The notes below the pieces were generated by a model that worked only from the letters and a program-made list of their open reading frames with translations, was not told the origin of the DNA and ran no database searches. A DNA stretch of 64,000 nucleotides from Gloeobacterales cyanobacterium (lineage in GTDB: Bacteria > Cyanobacteriota > Cyanobacteriia > Gloeobacterales > PMM-0068): positions 58,189 to 122,188 of the forward strand of contig JBBRSB010000011.1 of NCBI GenBank assembly GCA_038245785.1, in the 5' to 3' direction. The translations under genes and the position numbers were made by a program. Each line of letters begins with the position of its first letter. Positions within the stretch are counted from its first letter, which is position 1. Positions 20,548 to 30,747 of this stretch are shown piece after piece.

Positions 20548-21330
20548 TCACGGACGCAATCCGGGCAGTTTCAAGGCTTGTTCCATCGCTAAGGTCTTCT
20601 CCACGACTCTAGGCGGCCATCTGCGCAGTTCTCGAAGCCATTTGCGGTTCCCATAGTTTGGGTCTTGCTTCAGGGCTTTGCGAATTAACACAGCTGCTTC
20701 CTTAGGACGCTTACTCTCCCATAGCGCCACGGCTTCAGCAGCCTGTAAATCTACAAAAGTTCGTTCTTGTTTCCCCGCTTTGGCATAGATTTCCAAAGCC
20801 CGCTTCGGTTGGTTGGTTTCGATGAAGGCTAGGGCCAGGTTGAGACGGGCAAGGTCATAGCGGGGATTGATAATCAGGGCGCTTTCAAAATCTTGAATCG
20901 CCTTTTTCCACTCGCCTTTACCCCCATAGGCGTTGCCTCGATTATTCAAAGCATCAGCGGCTCTCGGCTCTAGCTGCAGCACCCGATTGTAATCAACAAT
21001 GGCATCATCCCAGCGGCCCATGGCTTCCCAAACGGCTCCGCGATAGAGATAGGTGGTTCCTACGCGTGGAGCATAGGCTAAGGATTCGTTGTAGTCTGCC
21101 AAAGCTCCTTTCAAGTCTTCAACAGCGACTTTGGCCGTTGCTCGGTCTCGGTAGGCATCCGCATTTTTCGGGTCCTTAGCGAGGACCTGGTCCCAGAGAG
21201 GAATCGAGCGGGCAAAATCCTGACGGATCATGGCAGACGTAGCTTCACTTTCCAGCGCTGTCCGCCCCGGAGCACAGGCCGTCAGCAGGATCAAGACCCA
21301 GGGAAGCAGATTTTGCCAAGTCACGGTCAT
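20548..21330 (-). CDS. TPR-repeat lipoprotein
   Basis: Lipobox LLTAC; repeated AYxxRG/A..DYxxAL TPR units. Confidence 0.88.
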   Translation of the reverse strand: MTVTWQNLLPWVLILLTACAPGRTALESEATSAMIRQDFARSIPLWDQVLAKDPKNADAYRDRATAKVAVEDLKGALADYNESLAYAPRVGTTYLYRGAVWEAMGRWDDAIVDYNRVLQLEPRAADALNNRGNAYGGKGEWKKAIQDFESALIINPRYDLARLNLALAFIETNQPKRALEIYAKAGKQERTFVDLQAAEAVALWESKRPKEAAVLIRKALKQDPNYGNRKWLRELRRWPPRVVEKTLAMEQALKLPGLRP

Positions 21331-21920
21331 AGACTGTAGCGTTCCTCAGTCCAGGGTTCTCCCCGACTGTGGTAGCCATTTTGCTCCCAAAAGCCTAATT
21401 GTTCACTAGACATGAATTCCAGCCCATTGATCCACTTGGCTGATTTCCAGGCGTAGAGGTGAGGAATCAAGAGGCGCATCGGGCCACCGTGTTCAGCGGG
21501 GAGGGCTTCGCCAGAAAGAACATGAGCAAATATATTCTCTTCTTTGAGGAAATCCTCTAGCGGTACGTTCGTGGTGTAGCCGCCGTAGCAGTGCCCCATC
21601 ACATGCTTCGTCTGTTCCTGGTCCCACTCAATCATTTTCAGAAAGTCTAAAACTTTGATTCCGGTCCACTGCACCTCTAGTTTGGACCAGCGGGTCACAC
21701 AGTGAAAGTCAGCGGTGAGGCTAACCTGGGGCATATCCATGAAATCTTGCCAGGTAAAGGTTTTTTCCTGGGCCAAACCCCATACCTTGAACTCCCAGGC
21801 ATCCCTAGCCACCGTAGGCACACGCCCATAGGTCATCAGGGGGAACCCATTAGTCAAATATTGCCCTGGAGGAACACGGTCATTCGGTTCTGTTGGTTTT
21901 TTGAAAAACTTGCCTAACAT
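21327..21920 (-). CDS. Sulfite-oxidase-like molybdopterin oxidoreductase
   Basis: RVPPGQY, DFHCVTRWS, HGGPMRL, YAWKSAKW, GFWEQNGYH. Confidence 0.9.
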   Translation of the reverse strand: MLGKFFKKPTEPNDRVPPGQYLTNGFPLMTYGRVPTVARDAWEFKVWGLAQEKTFTWQDFMDMPQVSLTADFHCVTRWSKLEVQWTGIKVLDFLKMIEWDQEQTKHVMGHCYGGYTTNVPLEDFLKEENIFAHVLSGEALPAEHGGPMRLLIPHLYAWKSAKWINGLEFMSSEQLGFWEQNGYHSRGEPWTEERYSL

Positions 21921-22006
21921 AAGCAGTAATAAGGGAGTTAATGTCTATGGTACAGGCCGCACATCGCTTCAGTGAATTGATCAGAGGGTTGGTGAGCGAC
22001 TGCTCT

Positions 22007-22612
22007 TCAGAACGCAAGTTTCTGAAATAGATCAGCCACAGGAAGTAAGAAACCAGAGACCACATCTTCGCCATCCAGCGAGTCTGTGGATTTGAGTAGG
22101 CGGTCGGGTTCCTTGGCAGAGCGATAGACCAGCACATAATGCTCATTGGGGTGGACGACCCAAATTAGGCGAGCACCGTTCTCAAAATATTCCACAATTT
22201 TGGTGTGAATCTCTTCAGTTGTATTGCCTGGAGAAAGAATTTCCACTACCAAATCGGGTGCCCCCTCCAGAAAACCATCGGGCAGGTCTTCAAGTCCCTG
22301 TAAGCGTTCTTTCGCGACGAAGGAGATATCTGGACCACGTTTGTTGCCCGATTTCATCTTGAAGGAAGTGCTGGAATCAAACATGGCTCCTAGTCTTTGG
22401 AGTCGGACATAGCCACCCAGCAAAATCATCAACGTGCTGCAAACATAGCCATGCTTCGCACCAGAATTTCCCATATCAACTAATGCTCCATTTACCAGTT
22501 CATAACGATGCCCGTCGTCTGGAAGTGCCATGAACTCTGCATCGGTCCAATCTTTCTTCTCTGGCGCACTTTTGACTAGACTTTCAGTTGAAGATTGACT
22601 CAGAGTCGACAT
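22007..22612 (-). CDS. Uma2-family endonuclease
   Basis: RYELVNG, PDISFV, APDLVVEILSPGN, KIVEYFENGARLIWVVHP. Confidence 0.92.
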   Translation of the reverse strand: MSTLSQSSTESLVKSAPEKKDWTDAEFMALPDDGHRYELVNGALVDMGNSGAKHGYVCSTLMILLGGYVRLQRLGAMFDSSTSFKMKSGNKRGPDISFVAKERLQGLEDLPDGFLEGAPDLVVEILSPGNTTEEIHTKIVEYFENGARLIWVVHPNEHYVLVYRSAKEPDRLLKSTDSLDGEDVVSGFLLPVADLFQKLAF

Positions 22613-22798
22613 GAGTTTCTCCTGGATTTCTACTTCTACAGTGATCTTGACATGGGTTGTAGACTTCACTCAATTGTAGATGATGGCACGTAGGTCTTTG
22701 TTTTCATGAGGTGCCAGGCGTTTGTGGAAGAGAACGTTCAGGAACGCAGACCGAAGGGATAGAGGGGATAATAGGAAAACCATTCTCTGCCGCTAACT

Positions 22799-23758
22799 GT
22801 GTCCCAAGCGCTGCCCTATCTACTCCATAGCGAAGTACTCAAAGAGCGCTTTGGCAAAAAAGTATTCAAAGTCACTCTGGATGCAGGTTTTGACTGTCCC
22901 AATCGAGATGGTACACGTGCTAAGGGGGGTTGCACTTTTTGTGATGCTTCCGGTTCTTCTGCGCAAATCACCCCACCGGCTACGCCTTTAGCCGAGCAGC
23001 TAGAGCAAGGGATTGCTCGGTGGAAAGCTCGCTACGGAGACAAAGCACAGAAATTTGTTGCATACTATCAGGCATTTACGAATACCCATGCGCCGGTGGA
23101 ACGTTTAGCCGAGGTCTATGAAGTAGGGCTCAAGCATCCCGAAGTGGTAGGACTTGCCATTGGCACCCGTCCTGATGCTGTCCCTGAAGCGACTTTAGAC
23201 CTGCTTGCTGATATAGCCCAGCGCAAATATCTATGGGTGGAATACGGTCTCCAGTCAGCCCATAACCAAACCTTGGAATTTATCAATCGCGCTCATACCG
23301 TTGAAGAATGGTCCGATGCCGTCCAGCGAACGCAGCGTCGGGGCATCGAAATCTGTGGACACTTGATTCATGGCCTGCCCTACGCTCCAGGACAGATGGA
23401 AACCCCAGAAATGATGATGCAATCAGTGGATTTAATGGCCCGTAGTGGTGTGACGGGCATCAAAATTCATTCTCTGCATATTGTGCGGGGGTCGATTATG
23501 GCCTTTCAGTACAAAATGGGCGATATACCCATGTTTTCGATGGGAGAATACGTGCACTGGGTCTGTGATTCTCTAGAACGTCTTCCTGCACAGATGCAAA
23601 TTCATCGACTCACCGGAGACGGCCTCAAGCATTTATTGATTGCTCCAGAGTGGTCTCGGGATAAACGAGTGGTGTTGACTGCAATTACTAAGGAGATGGA
23701 ACGGCGCGGAACAGTCCAGGGCGCAAAATATGTTTCCCCTCTTCCTGTGCATACTTGA
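22799..23758 (+). CDS. TIGR01212/YhcC-family radical SAM protein
   Basis: CPNRDG...GGCTFC, YYQAFTNT, IGTRPD, VEYGLQS, HRLTGDG. Confidence 0.92.
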   Translation: MSQALPYLLHSEVLKERFGKKVFKVTLDAGFDCPNRDGTRAKGGCTFCDASGSSAQITPPATPLAEQLEQGIARWKARYGDKAQKFVAYYQAFTNTHAPVERLAEVYEVGLKHPEVVGLAIGTRPDAVPEATLDLLADIAQRKYLWVEYGLQSAHNQTLEFINRAHTVEEWSDAVQRTQRRGIEICGHLIHGLPYAPGQMETPEMMMQSVDLMARSGVTGIKIHSLHIVRGSIMAFQYKMGDIPMFSMGEYVHWVCDSLERLPAQMQIHRLTGDGLKHLLIAPEWSRDKRVVLTAITKEMERRGTVQGAKYVSPLPVHT

Positions 23759-23762
23759 CTAG

Positions 23763-23857
23763 AAATCCCCCCAGAAAAGCCATTCAATGCTTCAAGTAGC
23801 ATTGCCCCCCTTTTACTCTTACGGGAAGGCTGCGCCTAGAAGGGGGGAGGGGGGATC
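23763..23857. repeat. Composite palindromic intergenic repeat between convergent genes
   Basis: ATCCCCCC..CCCCCCTT / AAGGGGGGAGGGGGGGAT outer arms with inner CAATGCT-AGCATTG palindrome and TACGGGAAGGCTGCGCC unit. Confidence 0.6.
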
Positions 23858-24475
23858 TCACCAGGTGGCTGCTGCCTTTTGGACAGCAGAATGTGCTTCT
23901 CCCAGCACTTGGTCACGGACCTCATCCCCTTGATTCAGCGCATTGGCATGGATGAACTGAACATCCGTCACGCCGATGAAGCCAAAGATTCCTCTCAGGT
24001 AAGGCTCTTGGAAATCATAGGGAGCCATAAACTCTGGACGGAAGTCACTGCCCCGAGCCGTGATGAAGAGCATCTTTTTACCTTCGACCAAACCCTTCAA
24101 GCCCTCAGGACCCACCGCAAAGGTACGACCAGCACGGACAATTTGGTCGATATAGGCTTTGAAGGTAGAAGGTACATTGAGGTTGTACATAGGAACCCCA
24201 AAGACGTAGCGGTCTGCAGTCAAAAATTCATCTACCAGTTCATCGGAAACTTTAATCGCTGCGGCCATCTCAGGCGTATGCATATCAGGAGGCGTAAAGG
24301 ACCCTCCTACCCAAGCTTCATCCACATGAGGCACGGGATAGCGTCCAAGGTCCCGATAGGTAACAGTGTCATCAGGGTGCCCAGCATTCCAATGACTTAC
24401 GAATTCTTTAGAAAGCGTACGAGAGTAAGAGCGCTCACCACGAGGACTAGCATCAATATGAAGAATGTGGGCCAT
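23858..24475 (-). CDS. azoR: FMN-dependent NADH-azoreductase
   Basis: ILHIDASPRGERSYS, PMYNLNVPSTFKAYIDQIVRAGRTF, ARGS, EPYLRGIFGFIG. Confidence 0.93.
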   Translation of the reverse strand: MAHILHIDASPRGERSYSRTLSKEFVSHWNAGHPDDTVTYRDLGRYPVPHVDEAWVGGSFTPPDMHTPEMAAAIKVSDELVDEFLTADRYVFGVPMYNLNVPSTFKAYIDQIVRAGRTFAVGPEGLKGLVEGKKMLFITARGSDFRPEFMAPYDFQEPYLRGIFGFIGVTDVQFIHANALNQGDEVRDQVLGEAHSAVQKAAATW

Positions 24476-24614
24476 GAAATAGTCTCCTTAGATCTAGAAA
24501 TTAGGCTTTTTGCCAAAGTTAGTTTTTTTGCGGATGCCCTTAGGAATCGACATTACCCAAATCCTATAAGTATTCACTTTCTTTTGTAAAGTAGGTACCT
24601 TTAAGTAACTACCC

Positions 24615-25031
24615 ATGATTAAGCGAATATCTATGCCTCTATCAATCGTCGAACAGGCTGAACAAAAGGATACAGAGTGCCATAAATACTGTCCTGTGAA
24701 CAAACTCCTCAATCTTCTATCAGGCCCTTGGACTATGTATATCCTCTGGATTCTCCAAAGCCAAGGAGCCATGCGCTTTGGAGTTCTTAAACATCAAGTC
24801 GAGGGCATCTCCACCAAAGTTCTTACAGAGCGCTTGCGAATGCTGGAAACGGAAGGTCTGATCTATCGAGATTACGTACCGACGGTCCCACCTCAGGTTA
24901 CCTACGGGTTGACAGCACGGATGAAAGACCTCACCGAAGTGCTAGAGCAACTGAGTGCCATTGCCCAACGTTGGTATAGCCAGGAACAGTTTACACAGGG
25001 CAGACATACAGACAAAAGAGAGGATATTTAA
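24615..25031 (+). CDS. HxlR-family winged-helix regulator
   Basis: CPV..LLNLLSGPWT, GISTKVLTERLRMLE, PPQVTYGLT; divergent from azoR. Confidence 0.92.
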   Translation: MIKRISMPLSIVEQAEQKDTECHKYCPVNKLLNLLSGPWTMYILWILQSQGAMRFGVLKHQVEGISTKVLTERLRMLETEGLIYRDYVPTVPPQVTYGLTARMKDLTEVLEQLSAIAQRWYSQEQFTQGRHTDKREDI

Positions 25032-25255
25032 TGGTGACCAGCATAAAACAAGTTAGCCCAAGCGCTCAGATCTCCCTCGGCAAAAAGTATGCGGAGAAAA
25101 CGGTGATCATTGAGCAACCGGAGGAAGGTGTTTGGGTAATTAAAACAGCTATCACCATTCCTAAAAACGAACTCTGGTTGCACCAAGAACCGTTTAAATC
25201 AAAACTTGATGCTGCTATCAAACAGGCGGCGAGTAGGAACACGAATCCCAAATAA
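25031..25255 (+). CDS. Small AbrB-like (antitoxin-like) hypothetical protein
   Basis: IKQV..SAQISLGKKYA..VIIEQPEEGVWVIKT..IPKNELWLH; RBS GAGGA. Confidence 0.55.
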   Translation: MVTSIKQVSPSAQISLGKKYAEKTVIIEQPEEGVWVIKTAITIPKNELWLHQEPFKSKLDAAIKQAASRNTNPK

Positions 25256-25263
25256 CAGAACAC

Positions 25264-25722
25264 CTAACCAGGAATCAAGGCTCTTTGGCATTCTGGGCAA
25301 ACGGCATGAATCGTCAGCTGGCAGTCTAAAAGCTTAAACCCATGTTTCTGAGACTGCTTAGAGCCTACTTGCAGAATGGAGTTGCTCTTGAACTCAATGG
25401 TCTGATTGCAGCGTACGCACACGAGATGATGGTGATGATGAGGATAGGACTGATTCAGCTCGTAGTGCTTGTGTCCTTCTGCCAGCTCTAATTCTCGGAG
25501 GATGCCTAGGCGAGACAGTAGCTTGACCGTGCGATATACCGTGGACAGACTAATGCCGGTATCTACTTCCAGCAATTTATAGTGCAAATCTTCAGCACTT
25601 AGATGATTTCCTTCTGGCAATTCCTGAAAAATTTTGAGAATCGTCTCCCTCTGCGGAGTCAGCCGCCAACCTTTTGAGTTCAGTTCTGCCTTGAGGGTAT
25701 CTGGGGTGTATTGCGTGACCAT
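25264..25722 (-). CDS. fur: Ferric uptake regulator
   Basis: GWRLTPQRETIL, HLSAEDL, SLSTVYRT, HHHHHLVCVRC, CPEC. Confidence 0.95.
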   Translation of the reverse strand: MVTQYTPDTLKAELNSKGWRLTPQRETILKIFQELPEGNHLSAEDLHYKLLEVDTGISLSTVYRTVKLLSRLGILRELELAEGHKHYELNQSYPHHHHHLVCVRCNQTIEFKSNSILQVGSKQSQKHGFKLLDCQLTIHAVCPECQRALIPG

Positions 25723-25878
25723 AGGATTATCAAGAAGAGCGGCTTATTGAGAATATAGCTTATTTCTTCGACCAGCGTCTCGAAACCAGGCATTATTAAT
25801 GTTGCGTTTTGTAGTAAATATGAAATCCTTGCCAGGATTGAATTGTAGGCTATGGACTCATAGCTATTCTAATCCTCT

Positions 25879-26382
25879 ATGACTCCTTTTTCTCTTGAAC
25901 CGCCGGATCTTAGCCTCGCCACCTTTATCGCTCCCGATGCGCAAGTGATCGGTGCGGTCCGTCTTGAGGAGGGCGTAAGTATCTGGTACGGCGCTGTGCT
26001 TCGAGGGGATGTAGAACGGATTGTGGTTGGCCGTTCAACGAATATTCAGGACGGAGCCATACTCCATGGAGATCCTGGAATGCCCACAGTTCTGGGTAAC
26101 TATGTGACGGTGGGACATCGGGCCATCGTTCATTCTGCCACCGTGGAAGACGGGGTAATGATTGGGATGGGCGCTATCTTGCTCAATGGGGTAACGGTCG
26201 GGAAAGGTTCGATTGTCGCAGCAGGGGCCGTTGTAACCAAAGATGTATCTCCTTATACCCTTGTCGCAGGAGTACCTAGCAAACCTATGCGTGTTATTTC
26301 TCCAGAAGAAGCAGAGGGCCTGATGCACCATGCCCAACACTATGAAGAGTTGGCTAGAGCCTATAAAGACAAAGGTCTTTAG
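25879..26382 (+). CDS. Gamma carbonic anhydrase family protein
   Basis: [28 protein letters not shown] hexapeptide repeats. Confidence 0.92.
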   Translation: MTPFSLEPPDLSLATFIAPDAQVIGAVRLEEGVSIWYGAVLRGDVERIVVGRSTNIQDGAILHGDPGMPTVLGNYVTVGHRAIVHSATVEDGVMIGMGAILLNGVTVGKGSIVAAGAVVTKDVSPYTLVAGVPSKPMRVISPEEAEGLMHHAQHYEELARAYKDKGL

Positions 26383-26462
26383 CAATTAATGAACCTATTT
26401 ATCAGTTTTGCTCATGCGCAGCAAGTTTAAATTTTATAAAATCTTTCTAAGTTCAATTATCT

Positions 26463-26717
26463 CTAGTGCTGCTGAGTACTTTGGCGCATGTCTCTTGCCC
26501 TTACACGTACAGAGCTAAAGGACCGTAGACGACGCTCAAGCGAGTTTTGAAAGTCAGCAGGTTGGGTAAGCAGATTTCTATGAGTGAGGGCAAATCTACG
26601 CACGCTCAGCGTCAAGCGAAAAGCAACAGGCAAAACAAGGCACCCGAGAAAAAAGCCTAACAGATAGAATGCCCTTGTTATAGTATTTCGGTCAATTGTC
26701 ATAAGATTCAGCCTCAT
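26463..26717 (-). CDS. Possible small membrane protein
   Basis: 84-aa ORF with one hydrophobic segment, filling an otherwise empty gap; no recognised family. Confidence 0.3.
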   Translation of the reverse strand: MRLNLMTIDRNTITRAFYLLGFFLGCLVLPVAFRLTLSVRRFALTHRNLLTQPADFQNSLERRLRSFSSVRVRARDMRQSTQQH

Positions 26718-26807
26718 ACAGCTTGTTTACAAAAGAGATAGGGCACCATAATCTGTTGCCACAATATTGTAAAGAACAGCCGCCTCTAAAAAAGCCGACT
26801 CTTCGCA

Positions 26808-26849
26808 TTAGCGGTTAGGGGAAAGGTAAAATACCAGGCTAACCGCTAA
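26808..26849 (-). terminator. Inverted repeat downstream of DUF2993 gene
   Basis: Perfect 11-bp arms TTAGCGGTTAG / CTAACCGCTAA. Confidence 0.55.
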
Positions 26850-26857
26850 CTTACTGT

Positions 26858-27601
26858 TTATGCTGATGGAAATTGTTTAACCAACGCTTCGGATTCAAGC
26901 GTTAATTTTCCTATTTGAACATCAAGCTTTTTCAGGTTCAAAGAAAAGCCTTCTAACTTGAAGTTGCGCAAGTCTAAAAGTTCACGAACCTGTTCCACAA
27001 GGGCCTCTGTCAATTCTGGTGAAACATCCTGCCCTTCCTGGGATTGTATGTCTTCTAAGATTAGCTGTTTGCCATCAGGACTTACCTTAGGCACCGCCGT
27101 AAAGGAAACTCGCTTTCTCTCTTGAGTGGCTTGTATATTGAGATCGGCGCTTAGAGAAATCTTACCTTCACCAGGCAAACCAAAATTGATAGTGCCGTTG
27201 TCAACAGTTGCAAGCTCTCCGTTAACATACACATCCATCTTCTGCATTTTTTTATGGAGAAAATCTGAGTTGAAAGCACGATTGATATCTGCTTCTGTTA
27301 GTACCACATGGGCCTCAGCTTCAGTGGGGTTTTTTAGTTCGATTTTGCCGAAAGCAGCGCTTACAGGATTGATAGAAACACTTCCTGTGTGAAGCTGCAT
27401 TTCTTCAATTCGGAGGTCTTGGTTCATCACCAAACCTTCTCCTTTGATCTCAACAGAGTCAACAGCTCCAGAAACCAACTTCAGGGGATTAGTCTCGATG
27501 TTTACGTCCAAATTTTCAACTTCATCTAATTGACTAGAAATTCCAACTTCCGCAGCCTTATTAATTGCTTGTTCACCTAAGCCTGACATGTAGCGCTCCA
27601 T
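26858..27601 (-). CDS. DUF2993 (LmeA-like) protein
   Basis: LGEQAINKAAEVGISSQLD, GAVDSVEIKGEG, VVLTEADINRAFNS. Confidence 0.85.
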   Translation of the reverse strand: MERYMSGLGEQAINKAAEVGISSQLDEVENLDVNIETNPLKLVSGAVDSVEIKGEGLVMNQDLRIEEMQLHTGSVSINPVSAAFGKIELKNPTEAEAHVVLTEADINRAFNSDFLHKKMQKMDVYVNGELATVDNGTINFGLPGEGKISLSADLNIQATQERKRVSFTAVPKVSPDGKQLILEDIQSQEGQDVSPELTEALVEQVRELLDLRNFKLEGFSLNLKKLDVQIGKLTLESEALVKQFPSA

Positions 27602-27786
27602 TGTCAATATATTTATCGGTACTCTAAGTCATGGGAGTCAGTCATCGAATCTGCACCATGGTAGAAAGGTTGGTCGATCGTGCTCTACTGAGGGGAATAG
27701 ATTAGCCTGTAGCTATACATAGAAGCAAAAAGTATTTTAAATCTGAAGGAAATAGGAAAAAATCCTGAGCCTTTGCAATAGGCAGA

Positions 27787-28083
27787 TTACAAAGGCAGAC
27801 AGCATGGAATGATTATGCAACGTGCCTGGCCCTTGTTGTTGCGTGCGCGCAGGAGGCGGCTTGCCTCAGAGCAGTCACCAAATTGACGCCGGGAGATGCC
27901 TAGAGCCTTGCTAAGGGGTTCTTCATACAGGGCGCGTTTAACACGAGCCGAGCACGACTCGCCATTATGCACTATACGGTGAGCACAGCCGAAACCCTTG
28001 CGCGGCGAGATATAGCGTTGATAAAGGCCGATTCCGGCAATACTGAACCGCCGAGTCGAGGAATCTAGAATTAGTGACGACAT
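27787..28083 (-). CDS. YidD-like (membrane protein insertion efficiency factor family) protein
   Basis: IGLYQRYISPRKGFGCAHR...SCS; ATG 28083 preceded by AGGAG. Confidence 0.78.
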   Translation of the reverse strand: MSSLILDSSTRRFSIAGIGLYQRYISPRKGFGCAHRIVHNGESCSARVKRALYEEPLSKALGISRRQFGDCSEASRLLRARNNKGQARCIIIPCCLPL

Positions 28084-28381
28084 ACGTGCTCCTTGCGCCG
28101 GGCAACAGTCATTTCTTACCAACCTTACTAACTCAGCCCTTGCTTAGAGCTCACCCGTAGGAGTGATATTCGCTTACCCGGCTGTATTCGGCTCACTACC
28201 CGGGCGTAGTTCGACCTGTGAACTACTCAGCCCACCTAGGCAGCCCCACCCCAGAAGGAATCTATGATCTTGGAGAGCTGCTCATGGTGCTCGACGATTG
28301 CCATAGGACCGGGGATGAGCGGTACTAGTTCGCAGCCAGGCAAGGCATCCGCCAAGAAATGGCTTGCCTGCGGTTATTGGA

Positions 28382-29272
28382 CTACTTGATAACACGAACT
28401 GCATGTTTAGAAGGCTCGATTGGTAATCCCCTATACTTAGAATAAACCTGTGTAAACTCTGCACCAAATAGCAAAATCTGGGCAGAATAGAACACCCAAA
28501 TAAGGACTACAACCAATGATCCTGCTGCTCCATAAGCTGAACCAATACTGCTAGTTCCTAGATATAGTCCAAGCACAAACTTTCCCAGGTTGAATAACAG
28601 GGCTGTCACGCCCGCACCAACCCAGAGATTTTCCCAGGGAATAGTAACATCGGGCAAAAACTTATAAATCGCTGCAATTAAAGCAGTGACCACAGCAAAT
28701 GAGATTATAAAGTTGGCTATCTGGCCGACAACTAAAAATCCAGGTACTAAACTGCCAAAGTAGGATGAGATTGCTGCTAGAGCGGCTGATAGAACGAGTG
28801 AGACTAGTAATAGAAATCCAATAACTAGCACCATTCCAAACGATAAAAATCGAGATTGAAGAAAGCTCTTAATACTGTTGCCAGGCTTTGGCCTAACTTC
28901 CCAAATCTTGTTAAGCGCAACTTGAAGTTGACCGAATACACCAGACGCCCCAAATAAAAGAATAACGACTCCGGTAATAGTTGCGATTGTGCCGCCAGAC
29001 CCAGGTCGATTCGCATTTTGAATCATCGCCTGAATCGCCTCTGCTCCCTCTTTGCCGACCAAACCTTGAATCTGTCCGATAATTTCGCCACGTGCTGCCT
29101 CTTCTCCAAAAAAGAATCCGGCAATAGCGATTGCAATCAACAGTAAAGGAGCGAGAGAAAATACAGTGTAGTACGCTAGGGCAGCAGCAAAAAGTGGCAC
29201 GTTGTCTTCATTCCACTCTGCTACTGTCTCTTTGATCAGCTTGAAGCCGTCATCCAAAGACATGGTTTTCAC
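28382..29272 (-). CDS. YihY/BrkB family membrane protein
   Basis: AAALAYYTVFSLAP, LNKIW, YKFLPD, YGAAGSLVVVLIWVFYSAQILLFGAEF. Confidence 0.93.
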   Translation of the reverse strand: MKTMSLDDGFKLIKETVAEWNEDNVPLFAAALAYYTVFSLAPLLLIAIAIAGFFFGEEAARGEIIGQIQGLVGKEGAEAIQAMIQNANRPGSGGTIATITGVVILLFGASGVFGQLQVALNKIWEVRPKPGNSIKSFLQSRFLSFGMVLVIGFLLLVSLVLSAALAAISSYFGSLVPGFLVVGQIANFIISFAVVTALIAAIYKFLPDVTIPWENLWVGAGVTALLFNLGKFVLGLYLGTSSIGSAYGAAGSLVVVLIWVFYSAQILLFGAEFTQVYSKYRGLPIEPSKHAVRVIK

Positions 29273-29554
29273 TCTCTTCTCCGAACTAAATAGGTCTGGA
29301 TAGCCGTGGGTAGAATCTTACGCAAAAACGCTCGATTCCGCCCCTATCCTGAGGCGTACATTCGCGAAAACCCTTTAAATATTATGCTCGAGCGTTGGTC
29401 CAGCTTGATAGAGCAAGCAGATGCTATGTCTAAGGGTAGAGAAGACTGAATATTTTGAGCCCTAATCCCTATCCTAAGGTAGTAGGACCGAAAAACCCAA
29501 AGTCGTACGCTAATACATAACGTCAAAAATGATCCTTGAACGAGGTTTTTCATT

Positions 29555-29974
29555 ATGTCTGATTTAAAAAACGAAGAGCAGCTACGTCCTGAGCTTACGA
29601 CCGAAGAAAGAGAAGAACTGGTGGACCATAGACTCACCCGAAAAGAGGCCATCGAGAGAGACGGCTATGATTCTATGCCTATAGAAGCGGCAGCTCCCGA
29701 AGGCCCAGCTATACTGCCTTCTACTGACGAAGAGGTTATTGCTGAAAACCTTAGCGGCACCAATCATTACACGGTGGACCAAGATGGATTAATGAACAAC
29801 TATCCCGTGGAGCCAGAAATGTACTTCGAGGTTCCGGGTGACGCACGCGAGGAAAATGAAGCTGAGAAAGCAGCCCGTGCACAGGAACGCAGGGAAGTGA
29901 CTGAGAACAGTTTAGGTGACTCTGAGGGAGAGGAACATGTTGGCAGTCACGGTAAGGGCGTAGGAATCATTTAG
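29555..29974 (+). CDS. Acidic hypothetical protein
   Basis: 139-aa Glu-rich ORF with YTVDQDGLMNNYPVEPEMY core; RBS GAGG. Confidence 0.75.
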   Translation: MSDLKNEEQLRPELTTEEREELVDHRLTRKEAIERDGYDSMPIEAAAPEGPAILPSTDEEVIAENLSGTNHYTVDQDGLMNNYPVEPEMYFEVPGDAREENEAEKAARAQERREVTENSLGDSEGEEHVGSHGKGVGII

Positions 29975-30003
29975 TAGAAGCGCTCTAGCTTGAAACGTGG
30001 TGC

Positions 30004-30690
30004 TTATCCTCTCAATCCCCCGCTTTTTTGAGAAGCCGGGGATTTTTGGACTGTGGCAAAAGCAAGAAAATTGGCAAGCAAAGACAGTCCCAGATTGGAT
30101 GATTTTTCTGGGTGAAACTGGGTTGCGATTACGTTGTCTTTCCATACGGCAGCAGTAAAGGTTTGGTTCCCATGGGTGCTGGTAGCCGCAATAACCTTTG
30201 GGTCGCTGGGAACCGCAAAGTAGGAATGGACAAAATAGACCCAAGGTTTCTGAGGAACCCCCTTCCAAATAGGACAATCTTTAGGTTTTAGATCTAGCTG
30301 ATTCCAACCCATATGGGGCACCGTCAGTCCTGGTTCTACTAGAAAGCGTTTTACTCGCCCCGATAGGATGCCCAGTCCTAGTTCTACGCCTTCATCAGAA
30401 CCATCAAAGAGCATCTGAAGACCAACGCAAATACCCAGAAAGGGTTTGCCTGAATTGATAGCACGATGGATAGGCTCTTCTAAACCGTATTCTCGGAATT
30501 TCTTGATCGAAGGGTCGAAAGCCCCTACCCCAGGCAAAACCAGCCCATCAGCCTGGTCGATTTCTTTTGCATCTCGGGTTACTACCACCTCTAGTAGGTT
30601 CCCTGGGAACGCACTACCTGCATACAACAATCCTTTGCGCGCAGAGTGGAGGTTGCCAGAACCATAGTCGATTAGTGCAATGCGGGTCAT
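30004..30690 (-). CDS. hisH: Imidazole glycerol phosphate synthase subunit HisH
   Basis: IDYGSGNLHS, LPGVGAF, LGICVGLQ, PHMGWN, YFVHSY, QFHPEKS. Confidence 0.97.
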   Translation of the reverse strand: MTRIALIDYGSGNLHSARKGLLYAGSAFPGNLLEVVVTRDAKEIDQADGLVLPGVGAFDPSIKKFREYGLEEPIHRAINSGKPFLGICVGLQMLFDGSDEGVELGLGILSGRVKRFLVEPGLTVPHMGWNQLDLKPKDCPIWKGVPQKPWVYFVHSYFAVPSDPKVIAATSTHGNQTFTAAVWKDNVIATQFHPEKSSNLGLSLLANFLAFATVQKSPASQKSGGLRG

Positions 30691-30747
30691 GGTAGTGAAT
30701 CAGAAGCTACCCTGAGTGTATCCAACTTATGTAACAACTGCTGGGCT

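Noticed and set aside
25743..25765. Possible Fur box upstream of fur (ATTGAGAATATAGCTTATT)
   Set aside because: Only one half-site is convincing; too weak to call.
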